Positions 26,773 through 41,459 are shown, numbered from the stretch's first letter. The stretch: DNA of 64,000 nt from Harriotta raleighana (GCA_050575255.1 JBNZDD010013683.1:4000456-4064455); one strand, 5' to 3'. Numbers and translations: made by a program. Notes: generated from the sequence alone by a model not told the origin.

Positions 26773-29700
26773 CACCACCACTGCCTTCCAGGAGCACCAA
26801 ATGAACAGGCACATTTGTTAACGTAACGTTTGCTGAGTCTAGCACGAGTGACAGCAGAGAGAGAGAGAGAGAGAGAGAATGAAAACAAGCTGATACTGTG
26901 ATTAAAAAGTCAAAGAACTACTCTTTCGTAAATTGGATATGTTCGCCATTTGGCAGTTCATACAATTACAGTGCAGCTCTCTTTTAAGAAACCATTATAA
27001 ATTGCTCTGAGGAGACAAGTGAGGCTGTTCTTGCTTAGAAAGAACATAAGCCTTTTTGTGTTATGCCCTTAAATAGTAGGGCTCTATTGTATAGCATGAT
27101 AAATATCACAGCGTAGAAGGAGGCCATTCAGTCCATGGATCCTATACTTCTACTGATTTATGAGCTAATTCCACCTCCCTCCCATACCTTTCAAATAATT
27201 TCTGGTCAAATAAAATATTGATTTACCTTTTGATTCCATCCATTGCTTTGGTACAAATCCAATGCAAGATAATGGGACTCATCAAGGCATTGGTGAGATG
27301 GGGAGGATGTCCACATCATCCAATAGAACACTAATGGATGCTCATTATCTAAGCTCGTACTTGAAGAATGGTCATTGGGCAAAATTTGCCCAAACTGCTG
27401 TTACTTTGCTTATAGTAGATACATTGTTCAAGACTCAGGACTTCACATGCTTAATATTTAATATTGGCTGGCTCGATGCAGTAACAGAAAACAAGAGCAT
27501 TATTGTCCGGACTTCATTTCAATGGGCAGTTGTGACTGAAGTCATATGTTTAGGAATGACTTTGATTTGCTATTTTAGTCAAAACTTTACAGCTGATCAT
27601 GTGATCCTTGAAGAGGTTGTGTAATGGGATCTTGAGCACTCTGAAAGAACTTGGCAAAAAAAAGAGATCTGTTGAATGACTAACTTGCACCCAAGTGATC
27701 CTTTCTGGTGTGGATGAAAAGCCATTATACAACAACTTGGGACATCCTCCTGACGTGAAAGGCGCTTATACAAGTGTAATTTTGTCGTTGTTTATAATGT
27801 CCAGTTAAGTTTACAGTCTTGTTGAAAATGCTGTGCAGTCATCAAATCAAGTACACAACTGGGGTTGGGAAGTGGAGGGGTGTTGGGAGGGGGAGAAGGA
27901 GAGTACATGGACAACAGTGTGTCAGTGTGTAGATGACAGTACAGCACAGAGTTTGGAGATGACAGTTTGAAGATGCTGATAGAATTTCCAGATAGTGTAA
28001 TATGCAGGGCACTAAAGCAAGTTCCTTTGAACACAATACAACTCTTTACAGGATTATCAAAGAGACTGCTGGCTGGTGCAGCAATCTGATTTGCCTAGTT
28101 TTAATTCAGCGACACACAAGTAATGGAAAGTAATACCGCATTCCAAAACACCAGCTCACGGACTCTGGTATGCAATCATAAAAGCATTTTAAGGGGCATA
28201 AAAAATGACAAGGTCAAACAGGCTGGAATCGGATACACAAAACGTAGCTATTTTTCCTGCATCCTTTTGTTTTGATACGATCCAAATGATACGCTGGGAT
28301 AAATTTCCAATGCAGTGGAACAGTATCCAAGAGTCCAGAGTTTGCGCCCAGAAATAGGAATAGACACCGAGCTCACATCCAATTTGGAGCAGGCTTTTGG
28401 AAACTCAGCGGTTTCGCTCTCCCGCTGGTAAAACCCACATTATCTACAGTTTCAGCAGCAGGGTATACAATCCTCCTCTCTGTCTGGCTGTGCAGCAATT
28501 CCCCGCCGCTTAAACACTGATCCTTCGTAACAGCTTAAAGGTTGTGGACTGTAAGAAGTATTCTTAAGAATTGAAAACAGGGCAAGCAGCAGCATGCTGT
28601 GTATGTACATAGATAACCGTTGGGTTTACTCAGTTCCACCTGCCTTACTCAGCCTAGCTTTCTCTTATAGAAAATCCCAGTGGGGTATTTTCTGGTGGGG
28701 GGGGGTTTAATTTCCAAGATTACCATGCATGGCAACCTCGATGCTGGTTTACCCTCTCGGGAACATTTAGCGATTCTGCTCTGGGCTATTTTTATCCCGC
28801 TTCGGGTGATGTTATTTACGAGGTGGCTGGTCAGGGAAACAAGCACCCAAGTTCCCGTTCACGTATCGCATCAGTGGATGTCTAGTCAGTCACAACACAC
28901 ACTAGTGCAGAGATAAAAAGTCATGCTGCTGTTTTGGGGCTGAAGTGTACAACAGTGTCAGGCTTATGATGATACAGTACCAGCTGTAATCCTTGCATTT
29001 GAGATCAAGCCTTTCACTTTTGGATAACGTCTCAAAGCACAATGCAGGTTTTACTGTAAGTGACTGTGTCACTTGCAAGTAAACCATAAGACCATTATCT
29101 TAAATATAAGTGCCGGGCTAAATTTTGAAACATTCTTAAATTCAGTCTTAATTGGCAGCCAGGGTGTATTTTTTTTTTAAAAAAACTGCAGCAAACAGGC
29201 TTCTAAAATTCAATTGAAGAATGCGCAGAAATTTGAAGACGTTGTTCTTTAAAAAGCCATTAGGACGGATCGGTCGTTTGTCGCAAACTAGGCCTTTAAG
29301 TTCCCCATTCTGGGTCGACTGGTGACAATAGTATAAAAGCCAGTGGGAAACTTCAGCTGCTGTTGTCCCTTGTATAGAGTTGGCTATCTGAACAGTGCAG
29401 CATTTAAAGAGGTGAATGGGAGCCAATGCTGTAGTCACGTGGTTCTCGTATTCTGCTATTACCAGGGTACTGATTGTCATACCAGCTTTGTGAGTCGCTC
29501 CCTGGGGATTTAGCTGGAGACTCGCGCAAAGATAATCTGCTTCAAATGCGATGCACTGTTTGGTCAAAGTGAGTGCGCTCCCTGCGACTTATTTATCGCC
29601 GATATTTGGTCGCAAACCCAATGAAACGAAAAGTTTGGAAAATCGCAATTTTGTATGCGTATTTGCATTAGGGCAGTGGTGGTAAGTCGAGGTAAGTCCA

Positions 29701-31660
29701 TACTTAATGCGTTTTCAGTTTTTCCTCGATTGAATATTTCTTGGGTTTACAGCAGACATCCAAAAATATTCAATCAAGAAAAGTCTTGGGCTGGCCATAA
29801 AGGTTAGCCACCACTTTCGTATGGCGAATCCTCACTGAAATCAAAAGTACGGTATATATAAAATGTACGATAACATAGCTCTCTTCAACAGAATACTACT
29901 AATTTCTTTAAGGAAATATTCAAGAGAAAAATATTTAGCAATACAACTGCAGTAAAATAAGTCTCCTTTCTTGCCATAGTCACTTTCAAGCTATTTCAAA
30001 AAGGGAAATACAGTAGTTTGAAAAATCTTTTTTTAAAGAAATGCAAGATTTATACTGGATGAGGATGCAATTATCATGCACTAAGTCTTGCACATTCATT
30101 TGTGTAAACATGACAGCGAAGGCACATAGGATTCCCTTAAAATAAGAGAGACACAGTTACTTTTTTTTAAAAAAAGCTGTGAAACAAATAATGGAAACAA
30201 AAGTAAAAGAAGGAAGTTACTACAATAAATGTGCAAAATGGATTCCACAGGAGTTGAAACATTCAGCAAACTTTACTCTTAAACTGAAGAACAATCAACC
30301 TCGAACTTAAGTCTCTGTTGCCCACTGAAATGAATGGGAAGCGAAGTCTAGGAAGCTAAACCATGCTGTGTTCATAGAGACAGCAGTGTCGTACAGCCAC
30401 ANCTTAAGTCTCTGTTGCCCACTGAAATGAATGGGAAGCGAAGCTAAACCATGCTGTGTTCATAGAGACAGCAGTGTCGTACAGCCACACCTTTTGTTGT
30501 CACGGCTAGTAGTACAGCATTAGAACAAATCGATTGGATCAACATCATTCTAATCCAATACAATTTCATTTCACATCCACAGGGAAAGCTATCCAGTTAC
30601 TGTAATGTAACCGCAACATTGCCACAGCCGAGCAATTTTGTTTGACAGGGAGCCGAAAGCCGTTTTGAAAGGAGGACATTTTATCCCTCTTTTCCCATTC
30701 CTAAGTCCCCTTGGCCACAACGTCGCCTCCAGGAGGGAGTTTGGGGGCAGTCTGGACTGCAGATATCTCTCTCTACAGGTACCATCAGTGCTGTTGACAG
30801 CAGAACTCCTTCACTCACAGTGAGGGGTCACGCGAGTCACTTTGGAAGAAGAACTAGCTGCCCTTGCACACAGTGGGGAGGAGGGAGCTTCATTCTGTTA
30901 TAATATAATCCTTCTAATCCTTAAATTTGATATAGCACTCTATCACGTTGCCTCAAAGCGCTTTACTGGATTTACTGCTGAGGTATTCCATTCTGGGAGC
31001 AAATCACATGGAACAGAGTTGATTTGGTTCAGTGTGACTTACTTCCATTCTCCAGAAAGACATAGAGGAATCCCATTATATCCCCCTCAGCACACACTGC
31101 TAGTATTTCATAAAGTAATCAGTGGGAGGGGGTGGGGGAGAAAAATTCCTTAGAAGTAGTTGCACACATTGGTATAAAAAGTCACACAAGTTATTCCTAA
31201 ACAATAGTACAAACTGTACACAAGAACCGATTTAGATCGTCAACACAAACGCCTTTGACACAAGCTCCTTCCAAACGAGTCAAATTAAAGTATTAATTTC
31301 CCACAGAAAAAGGATTAAAAGCAGAGGTGCGATGAGACTGAGTCACCACTTACTCAAGACAGTGACAGATTTCCTCCTCCTGACAACTCAAGCATTGTTA
31401 AGTAACGAAATATCACAGAGAACATGCAGAGTCATCTGCCCCACTATCTAATTTCTGCTTCTTCCTCTCTAATCTTCTGACACTTTGACAAGCCCCGAGG
31501 AATGTGATGAACTTTCATACACAAGCTACACATTTAAAAAGGGATGGTGTCCCGATGATAAATGACATGACAAACTTGTTTTTATTCTGAGAGCGAAGTG
31601 ATTATTACAGCCACGCGTCATTCATGCCTGTCACATTGCTGTCACGATTGTAGAGACGTG

Positions 31661-31925
31661 ATAATAATAATAATAATAATAATCCATGCATTTGATATAG
31701 AGCTTTTCATGTCTTCTGGCCGTCACAAAGTGCTTCACAGAATATACTGTAAAGTGAACTGACTGTATATTTGTGGGAGAAACCTTACTACTGTAGCTTG
31801 GCCTGAGAGTCAAGCCAGACTCTCATAATAATAATAATAATCCTTGCATTTGATATAGCGCTTTTCACATCTTATCGACGTCCCAAAGTGCTTCACAGAA
31901 TATACTGTAAAGTGATTTGACTATA
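31661..31925 (-). mobile_element. Two tandem 3' fragments of the SINE
   Basis: (TAA)n-atcc.tgcatttgatatag...cttcacagaatatactgtaaagtga occurs twice. Confidence 0.85.
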
Positions 31926-32014
31926 TCGACCAATGTGCTACCTTTTGCCAGCTCTCGACCCAGCCAAACCCGACAAAGTGAGTTGGATCTGTTGTATGAG
32001 AGAAACGCCACCCA

Positions 32015-32450
32015 AACAACAACAACAAAACAACAAAAGTAAACTTGTATATAGCGCCTTTCACATTGGGAGGACGTCCCAAAGCTCTGAACAGTCAGGT
32101 CGGGACCCAAGCAGGTGGGGAGGGTCGGGGGTAGGGGGAGTGGGAAGGAGAGTGGGAGAGGGAGAAGTGTTAGGTGGAGAGCCGAAGGCGCAGTTGAAGA
32201 GGAAGGTCTTGAGACCAGCCTTGAAGGAGGAAAGGGAGGAAGCAAGGCGGAGGGATGGAGTTCCAGAGTGTCGGGGCAGAGAGGCTGAAAGCCCGGCCAC
32301 CAATGGTTGGGCGGTTAGGGGGATGGACGCGGAACAGGCCTGAGTCTGCTGAACAGAGGGTCCAGTTGATAGGGAGACAGCAGGTCAGAGAGACAGGCGG
32401 GGGCAAGGCCATGAATGGCCAAACAGAAAGGGATAGGAGGGAGGCAGCCA
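32015..32450 (-). mobile_element. L2-type LINE 3' fragment
   Basis: TIGGRAFSLSAPTLWNSIP and FKAGLKTFLF, tail ending (TTG)n. Confidence 0.88.
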
Positions 32451-33900
32451 ATGTATTTCTTTTAATACTTGCATTGGAGGAATATAACTCTACAGTATAA
32501 CAACGTGTCAATTCCACACCTCTAGCAGCTCAGGACGGGCTCCGCCAGTTGGGAGCAGTTCTGTAGTGTAAACATGCCATTGGTGATTTGTAGTGTAATA
32601 ATTCATGGATTTAGAGGTTCGAAAGTGTTCGCAGGGGGAAGGATTGGGGACGGGGAGAATGGTTTTGGTCTGTGACTGAACATTTCATTTTGCAGGGGAG
32701 TTTCGGTCTAAAGCATCTGGCATTTTTCTGTCTTTCAAGCAAAATTAAAACATTAAGAGCACATTTCCCTTTGATAAAATACAAGCCCGATTCTGACTGT
32801 TTTACAAAAGCACACCGATGCTTGTGTGCAACAATTAGACCACACAAGCACTTCAAACTACAACAAAAAAAAAACTGGATGTTCTTTACGACCATGCCAG
32901 AGTGAAAACATGTTTAACACGCTTTGTACAATAAATATTTGGGAGCTACCATATAATTTTGTTTCTTTTGATCTTCAAAAAGTTTCCAAGTCTTGTCCCC
33001 CACAAGCACCAGATGGACACAGTAAGTTTCTCCTCAGTTCTACTCTTCCTTTCCTTATATTTTGCAATTTTATTCCGATAAATGGACTGCATTATTTTGG
33101 GTTACAAATACAATATTTTGTTTTGGACAAATGGTAAATTTCTCTCTCTCTCTCTCTCTCTTTTAACAGTGAATCTACCCGCACAAATATCAAACAACCA
33201 CTTGCACATACAGAACAAAGTGCGATTAAGGGATGAGTTGGATTACTGAGCAAAGTGGGAAGGAAAGGAGGCATGAATGGATTTTGCGGAGGGAGGCATT
33301 TGCATACAGGGTGTGCACAGTCAGTGAAACCAAATGGGTGTCTTTTTTCTTTAAAAAAAAGTTAGTGATTACATTCAGTCACCTCCCTCATACAACCAAT
33401 GAAGTTTCACAAAACCATTCTCTGGGTCTCTTCCTTCAATACCCAATCACAATAAAGGCAGTTCATTTTCACCAAATAAAACCTTTTAAATTCGCTGAAG
33501 CAGGATTTTTTGTTGTTGTTGTTTTGCACAACATGATCAATCGAGTATAACGTTGATGAGTGACCAAACTCCACTCTTCTGATCATGTATTTTGTGTGCG
33601 TAGATTTGATATTCCACATGAGTTTTTTTTTATAACCAAACCATGAAGGGACTGTCTGTTGAAAACAGCTGCTTTCTTTAATTCTAAACTTAAAAGGACC
33701 AGAGTCCTGCTCTTCGCTGGCCGTATTATCCTCTATTTCAACACCAGCTGACATTACAACATCTTAGCGCAAGCTGATGAACCAAAAGTGCAGGTCAACA
33801 TTACCTATGCTCAGACTGACACTTCATACAGACACTGTGAGCTACATAGAGGAAAAAAAAGTGTAAGCTGCTCCTATTTTTGCGCTCTTGATTGCTGAAA

Positions 33901-34155
33901 CACAACAACAACAATATTGCATTTATAGAGTGCGTTTCAAGTCGGGAGAACGTCCCAAGGCGCTGGACAGTTGGTTTAGGACCCGAGCAAGGGGAAATGA
34001 TCAGGGCGAGGGGGGGGGGGGGAGGGGGGGANGAGAGCTGAAGGCACGGTCGAAGAGAAAGGTCTTGAGACCGACCTTGAAGGAGGAAAGAGAGGAAGCG
34101 AGGCGAAGGCACTGGGGGATGGAGTTCCAGATCCTGGGGGCTTGAGCGGCTGAAA
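33901..34155 (-). mobile_element. L2-type LINE 3' fragment
   Basis: Similar to the 32015-32300 copy (gagaccgaccttgaaggaggaaag...ggatggagttccag). Confidence 0.85.
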
Positions 34156-36330
34156 CACATTGGGGGAGCTAAATATTGGAAAACAAATAATTCCTCTGAC
34201 TCAAATGTAAAGCCAGACATTGGACACACCTCGGTTGGAAATGCAAATGAAGATAGGCAAGAGTCCAGAACGCAAACTGCCAAGCAGGAGTTCACCCTTG
34301 AGTTTGCTCACCGGAATGACTCCCAGATCTCAGCTGGGGAACCATTGAGCAGAGCGAGCTTAGGAAACATCAAAAGGATAAATTTGCTTCTGTCACTTTT
34401 TTTTGGAGATACTCTCTTTCATCCCATTCCTCCACTGACTGGATAGCAGATGGTTGCGGGGACTGGCACAAATCATTAACATCCTCTACCCAGCGCCTTT
34501 CAACGCACCTGCCTCATACCAAGTATGATAAACCAGGAGGTAATCTACTTCAGCAGATGACAGCAAACATATTTACAGAAACTACCTGGTACATCACAAC
34601 AAAGGTGATTGCATCTGTCCCAAATAATTGGTGGAATGGATGGTTCTTTTCTGCACTGGTAATAAAGTACTTATCACTGTCCCAAATCTAGGCCAGAAGT
34701 TCTATAAATACCATCTGAAGTAGCTTTAACTCCCAGTTGATGTTTTTGCATTGTGGTAAATCAGTGTTAAAAATTATTGCCTCGTAGAGCATTATCTCCA
34801 ATTAAGTCCCATTTTTTTTCCCTGCAAGTAATAGTTACTAAATGCAATTAATTGTATGCAGACGGTTTTGACACATTTTGATGGAAAAAGGTGCGATAAA
34901 GGAACAAGGTTAATTGGACCTTATTAGTGATATGATTAAAACCTGTATTGAAAATATCTTATGACACAAATTACCTCAACAAAGACTCACAAACTGAAAC
35001 CAAGTCACCAGTTCAATTTAACATCTGCTATAAACACAGTATGGACTGCATATATGCCTGAAACAGAACTGGGTGGATGGTGGGGTTGGAAGATATCATA
35101 AACCACACAAAGCAAAGTTTGAATGCCTTAGAAGATTGTAATATAGCCTGTAACTTATTCCATAGTGATTCTTATTTTATATAATCAAACACAAGCAATA
35201 TTGCTTTCAAATATACTGCTGCTGACAAATACTTTAAGAGTCTGTGGGATCCAACCTACTGCTGTCTGTCTAGTTCAGTCATTTGTCAATATCCCCCTCT
35301 TCTATGCAAGGTTTCAAAGCAATTTTGCTTTGTTTTAATGATGTCAGTGCAATTATATCACACGACAGGAAGGGTCAGTGATACAATAAATATTCATTGT
35401 GTAAAACATTGCAGGCTGCATTCAAGAAAGAATACATCATTTTTTCAAAGCTAAAATCTTCCAAGATTGTTTTTCTCCTCACCACTATTAACCCAAACAA
35501 ACCGATGCATAAGTAACACAACTTATCGTCTCGCTCTGATCTCAGTAAACATTCCTGTGTAATTAAACCACATGCTCCCTTTTTCTTTTGCCATTATAGT
35601 TGACCAAGTTCAATGGTTCTTTATTCACAAAATAATTTGATGCTCATGTAAAATGCTCTGTCAAATTGATGCACATTTTATTAACTGCAGAAGAGGAATC
35701 TTCTCCTCTGATACAGAATGAAAAAAATCAAGTTGTATAAACTTAAAACACTTTCAACCCTGGTTACTCCAGACTTCAATGTCACAGCCGGGGAAAATAA
35801 TACCTATGGTCACGTACGTAAATTTTGGCTTTTAAATTTTTTTAAAAGTATATCAGCTGTGGGACTTCAAATGTTGTACGCAAAGTACGCAAATTAAGAT
35901 GCAAATAAGTTTGGAACAACTTTTAGTAGGTTAGTAGCTTCTAAACCAGAAGAAATTACATCTGTACTGATGTCAGAGAGTAGCACAGGATCACCATGTT
36001 TCTTAAGAGCTTTGACTTGTGGGGTTAAATCAATTTACCATAATCTCCCGAGCAAGGATCTCGAGACTACTGGAAATTACAGCAGTTCAGTGGTTTGCAT
36101 TAGCAACATATTATATTTTAACTAGCAATGACCACTGCACCTCTCACTCACTTTTTCACTATATGCAGCCTCAAAGCTGTCACATATGATCACCTTGTGA
36201 AAATAGCACAAAGCAATAATTCAGGTGATTTTGTTTTCTGTCACAAAACACCCAAACTTGCAGTTGAAAGCTGATTGTAACACTTCCGAGATTGATCGCA
36301 AGAAATGCCATTATTGTAATGTGCATTTGT

Positions 36331-36662
36331 GGAGTCCAGTAGCTCAATTGTTAGAGCACTCGCCTGACAAGCGAGAGACTCGATTCAATTCCAGACAGGT
36401 CCAGGTGAAACCTTGGGCAAGTTTCCTTACTCCACTGGCCTAATAATAATCCCTCAAAACAAATTGGTCACTTCAATCCAAGACTGTTAGTGGAATGTTG
36501 GGGTGCACAAATGGCTGCCACGTTTAACCCACTGACTGTATATACTGTCAATGCACCTTACAGTATATTCTGTGAAGCTCTGAGACGTTTAGAAGACGTG
36601 CAAAGCACAATATCAAATGCAATGCACTATATCAAATGCAATAATAATAAATATTATTATTA
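36331..36662 (+). mobile_element. Same SINE family, tail partly duplicated
   Basis: Head, body and repeated tatcaaatgca tail. Confidence 0.88.
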
Positions 36663-39600
36663 TATGGAAACAAAAGGCCAGACACTCACATAATTTATGT
36701 ATCCATCGACTGCCAAACTCCTATTTTCCAGTAAACTTTTCAATGTGCCACAGAGTAAAAACATTCACAAGGTTAATAATTTTCACTAAATCATCAACCA
36801 GAAGCTTAGCTAACTAAGTTTTGAAAACCTCTCAAGCAAGCTTTTGCTCCCAAACCTTATTAGAAACACAAATAAAGATGAGAAGAGAGGACTCCCTTAC
36901 CTCTGCCTCAAAGTAGATGTGTCGTCAGATTGCACACTTAACACTGGGGTTTAGGTTGGAGGATCTTTTAGCTGGGGCTTTGAGCATGCTCTCTCTGTAC
37001 ACTGTCAGATCACATCATTCCCTCTGCTCACTCCTGCAGAATACCAAATGCAATGTCCCAGTGCTGTTCTGCTTTTAACTGACCTACCCCCACCCTCCCA
37101 CACCCACCAGACTCAACCCTTCCAAAGTAATAAGTCACTGTTTGGCTAATGCAGTGTAACTGGAGTCTTCCGATTGCCTTAATGTATTCATCCAAAAATT
37201 GTCACAAACGGACCTTCCTATATTTCCTTTCCCCCAAAACATCTGGTCCAATCTTTAACTATGGTTTAATGCACAAAAACCTCTTGTGTCTCCTCCTTCC
37301 CCCCACCCCACCTCCTCCCTCAACACACACACACACACCCACCAGCCTGGTATTGCCAGACACCAAGCCCTATTGCTTTGCAGTTGAAAGGCTTACCTAC
37401 TCATGCATAACATCCCATTAATTCACTGCAGCTAGGTCAGACAGCTTTGTTCAGAAAGGTTCTTTTCTGTTCATTTATTTCAAGTGAGAGGCAAGGATTC
37501 AGTGCTCAGGCACCGTTCCACAGTGTCCCATGAAGTAACACAAGTCAATCATAAGTGCAAGGTTCTTTCATTTATTTGTCCACACGATCCGCCAACAACC
37601 CAACACGATTCCACGCCCCAATGACGTTGCAAAAAGTGGCTCTCGATAACCCAGTAAGTGCTGACGATGATCATGTTTGTTTCAATCGTACTTCGAGATG
37701 GATAAACACACGACTCTGTTTAACACGAAATGCGCTCCCCGAATCGGGGGGGTGGGGGTTAACATTTGTACCAAGAACATTCACACAATGGGAGTTAATG
37801 GGAATGATATGCTGGAATGCTATGCTTGGATGAGTTATGCATTTATGCAGACTCCATTATAACGCAAAATGTTTTTTCAAATGCAATTAATCAAAGTGTT
37901 TGAAACAAAATGACTGAACTGCTACAAATGAAATTACAAGTCTGTTTTTACCACTGATGAAATTATTCCTCGTTTGTCATCACAGACATCAAGATTGATA
38001 TTCAATACAGAAGGAAGGAGTGAACTAACTTTCTGAGATTCCCCTATCTGTATTGTCACAAGGGCATTTTAGAAGCTGTAAAAGATTTGAGTCGCCACAC
38101 GCTGAAATTTGACTTAAGATCTCGATTAAACTCAAAATGTAAAAACAAGAGGGCAATGACTGCAGTTAATTGCAGAAAAATGTATGTGGTCTCAGTATCC
38201 AGTGTTAAAAGGAATGGTGGGGGGGGGGAGGTGGAGGTAAGGAAATTAGCCAAAACTTTACTCCTGATCTGTATTCTTGCAGGAAAGTGCATGTGGTGAT
38301 GCTGGGCATGGAGTCAGATGAGGACAACTGCGAGTTGATATTCACTGTGAAACAGGCTCATTTGAACAAAGTGGCAAAGAACTGTTGGCATCACTTGAAC
38401 TGTATGCCAGCTTGAGTCAGCAGCTTGGGAGTGGGGGGATTCAAGAAAGAGACATTATGATTCTGTCCGCATCACTATCCTTTCGTCAAAGTGAAGTAAA
38501 GTACTTTACTTCAAAGTAAAGGGCTCGGCAATCTATTTCGAACCCGTACCAGCCATGCCATTCAGAAGATTGCCTGAGCACACAGTTGATCTGTAATGGG
38601 ACATTGGTCAACTATTCCCAGAAGAGAGCTAGCTGTGCTTTGCAAGGGGGAATCTCGAACAAGCTTCTTGTGTATTTAAAGGAGAAAGTTAGCCGACATC
38701 GAGAACACACTGTGCAAATAAACCTGACTATGGACAGAGAGAAACTTTGCACATTCAAAAAACACGCCTCTTACAAAAGATCAATCCCTTATTTGAAGGG
38801 AACAAGTACTGAGGGAGCAAATTAAGGGGAAGTGGGAGAAAGGAAATTCAAGTCCCCCCCCCACCCTCCAACCCCATAGAAACCCCTGTCACACAGTTAA
38901 TAAGTGAGCTCAGCTGTGATTTGCCAAGGTTTCCATTAACCTGTCCCTCACCCATTAAATTAATTCTGTGTCACTCACATTACAGCGATGCTGGAGGGTA
39001 ACTGCAACTTGTAAGGTCTGAATTTTATGTTAATAGGGTATAATGTGTGAAAACATGCACAATATCTTGTGACAATTAATGAGCTCTATCAGGAAAGTGG
39101 AATACGATCATCACAAACTGCTCCTTGGGCCACATTCTAAAGTCATTTATTATCGATATCTATTTAGCAGTGTCAGCATCCCACTTCCGCCCTATTGTCC
39201 AGAAAATATCGGTGTGTGTGTGTGTGTGTCTCTTCTTGCCTTTCAAAACAACGCAAAATTCTCCACATTATTTCAAAGTAATTTCCCCTCCGGGAAAAAA
39301 ATCACGCGCCCACCAAAACAAAAACAAAGTTAAACAAGTTGCAATCTAAAATAATAAACTGGGGAATCAAGGTAGTGGACACCTAACAGACTTGGAAAGG
39401 GTTAGGTAACTGGTTCAATACGGGCTTGAGGAGTGAACGGGAGTGGGATTAGATTTGGTGGCTTCTATGGAAGAAAAACACCAGTGCAGATGAGATGCGG
39501 TAAAAGACCTGTTTCTGTGCTGGAACGATTCCACAATCCCATAATCAACACTCTGAATCCTGATCCGGGCTCTGCCAAATTAAGTTTGTAGCATCTCCCC

Positions 39601-40475
39601 GAGAAACGAGACCTGGGCAGATGGATTATCTACACTAATAATCCACACACACAAACACCCTTCTTATATGTACAGTTGTTAAATAACCCAAGGCAAATCC
39701 TGAAGAATTGGACCTAACTTAATCCGCTGTACAAAGTTACATGAAATTGAGTTTAAAAGCTTAAAAAACTGTAAATGAAAATGTCTGAACTTTGGAAAGG
39801 TACTTCATGTTCTTATACAGTGTGAATTGGCAAGAGATACTATGGCTCCTTCATGGTGAATCTAATTTGGATTCTAGCTGGGTAAAGGAATTCAGATAAC
39901 AAAGAGAGTTGATCTGTACCATTCAAAGGGCCACTGCGTTGCTCAAATGGAAGACATGAGATATAATGATCTTGCGTCAAGATGCCTGTGTATTAACGTT
40001 ACTTCTCTTTTGACACTCCGTTCCATTTTGAATTGCGTCGTGAGTAACATTTAATATACAGTATGTTAGTGATGCTGATACGCCAGAAGATAGCTGATCT
40101 GCCTGAGGACCTAGTGCTGAAAATGACAAAGAAGATGGAGATAGACTGGTCGCATGAAGAATGCATTCACAGTCAACAACTCCATCTTGCCGCCAGTCAA
40201 AAACTAACTTGCGCTGTGATAGAAATCAAACCATGAAGTGCTGGAAACATAAGTGCAGAGGACACCCAAAAATTAATGGCATTCCTTGATTTTCAGAGAT
40301 CTGTACTTTTACATGTCTATAATAACAGTCTAATATGAAAATTAAGCCTGAATGCACACTTTGGGATCTCCAAGCCTTGGCTCTTTCCAATCGGCCCCCA
40401 ATACTCTCCAGAATTATGTAGGTGGGATGCGGACCTTTGAGAAGATAGTGCGCATTCTATTTCAGCAGAGAAATG

Positions 40476-40763
40476 GGAGTCTTGCAGCTCAATGGTTAGA
40501 GCACTCGCCTTACAAGAGTGAGACTTGTGTGCAGGGCGAAACTTTGGGCAAGTTTCCTTACTCCACATGCTTGCTAATAATTCATCAAAAAACCCTATAA
40601 TAAATTGGTCATTTCAATCCACGACTGTTTGTGCTGTGCTCAATTGGCTGCTGCATTTCGTCCGCAAATATACAGTACATAATCAATTCACTTTACAGTA
40701 TATTCTGTGAAGCGCTCTAGAGGATGTGAAAAGCGCTACATCAAACGGAAGGATTATTATTAT
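40476..40763 (+). mobile_element. Same SINE family
   Basis: Head, Deu-like core and tail. Confidence 0.88.
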
Positions 40764-41336
40764 AAATTCCCACATGTAGGTGGCATACAAATGTAGAACG
40801 ATCAGTCTGCTTTCGATACTCAGTCGATAACATGGTGATAGGCGTTCACATGGGCCAGATACCCAGCTGACCTCCCCCACCCACCCCCCACCCACTCACC
40901 CACCCAAAAAATGCAAGACGTATTAATGAAGCAGGAAAGTCATCAGCCCAACGGTTTCTCTCTCTCTCATCACAATCGCTAAATCCTTCCACTACAATCC
41001 AACAGCAACAACTCGCGTTTATATAGCGTCCTTCACCCAAGGTTAGTGTCCCAGAGCGCTCAACAGCCTCCAGGCAATTGATATCTACTGAAAGTCTCTG
41101 CTGACCAAGATCACAACCGGACTTTTCACTGTGTTAATTGCAGGAAAAAAACCCACAAACCGATGCAAATAGAAAAATATCACTGATGATGGGTAAAGCT
41201 ACAACAGAAGCACAAACTGGCATTCCTCTCCGTTGGTCTGGATTCCCCTCACTTCAGAAAGGCACAGCTGACCCAACAATAAGAAGAATAAGAATAATAA
41301 CAATCGTCAAAGTTTCTCAGAACAGCGAGTTCCTAC

Positions 41337-41459
41337 CTGTCCGCATCACCCAGGCCTACAGATGTATTACGCTGGGCGTTCTCTCTCACTGCAGCCATTC
41401 CATCCGGTAAGCGGTTAAGCCTGCGAGTGTAGAGTCCCAATCCCCCGTCCGTCAAGTAT
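41337..41459 (-). CDS. NAV2: NAV2 exon, 123 nt (YLTDGGLGLYTRRLNRLPDGMAAVRENAQRNTSVGLGDAD)
   Basis: Translated by hand (not in the ORF track); NAV2-type sequence. Acceptor ttttccag|A, donor AG|GTAGGA, phase 2 to 2. Confidence 0.96.

Noticed and set aside
36901-36990. Strong donor GAG|GTAAGG with an upstream ATG as another first exon
   Set aside because: The ATG frame stops before the donor, and the phase-2 frame has a TAA with no ATG after it.
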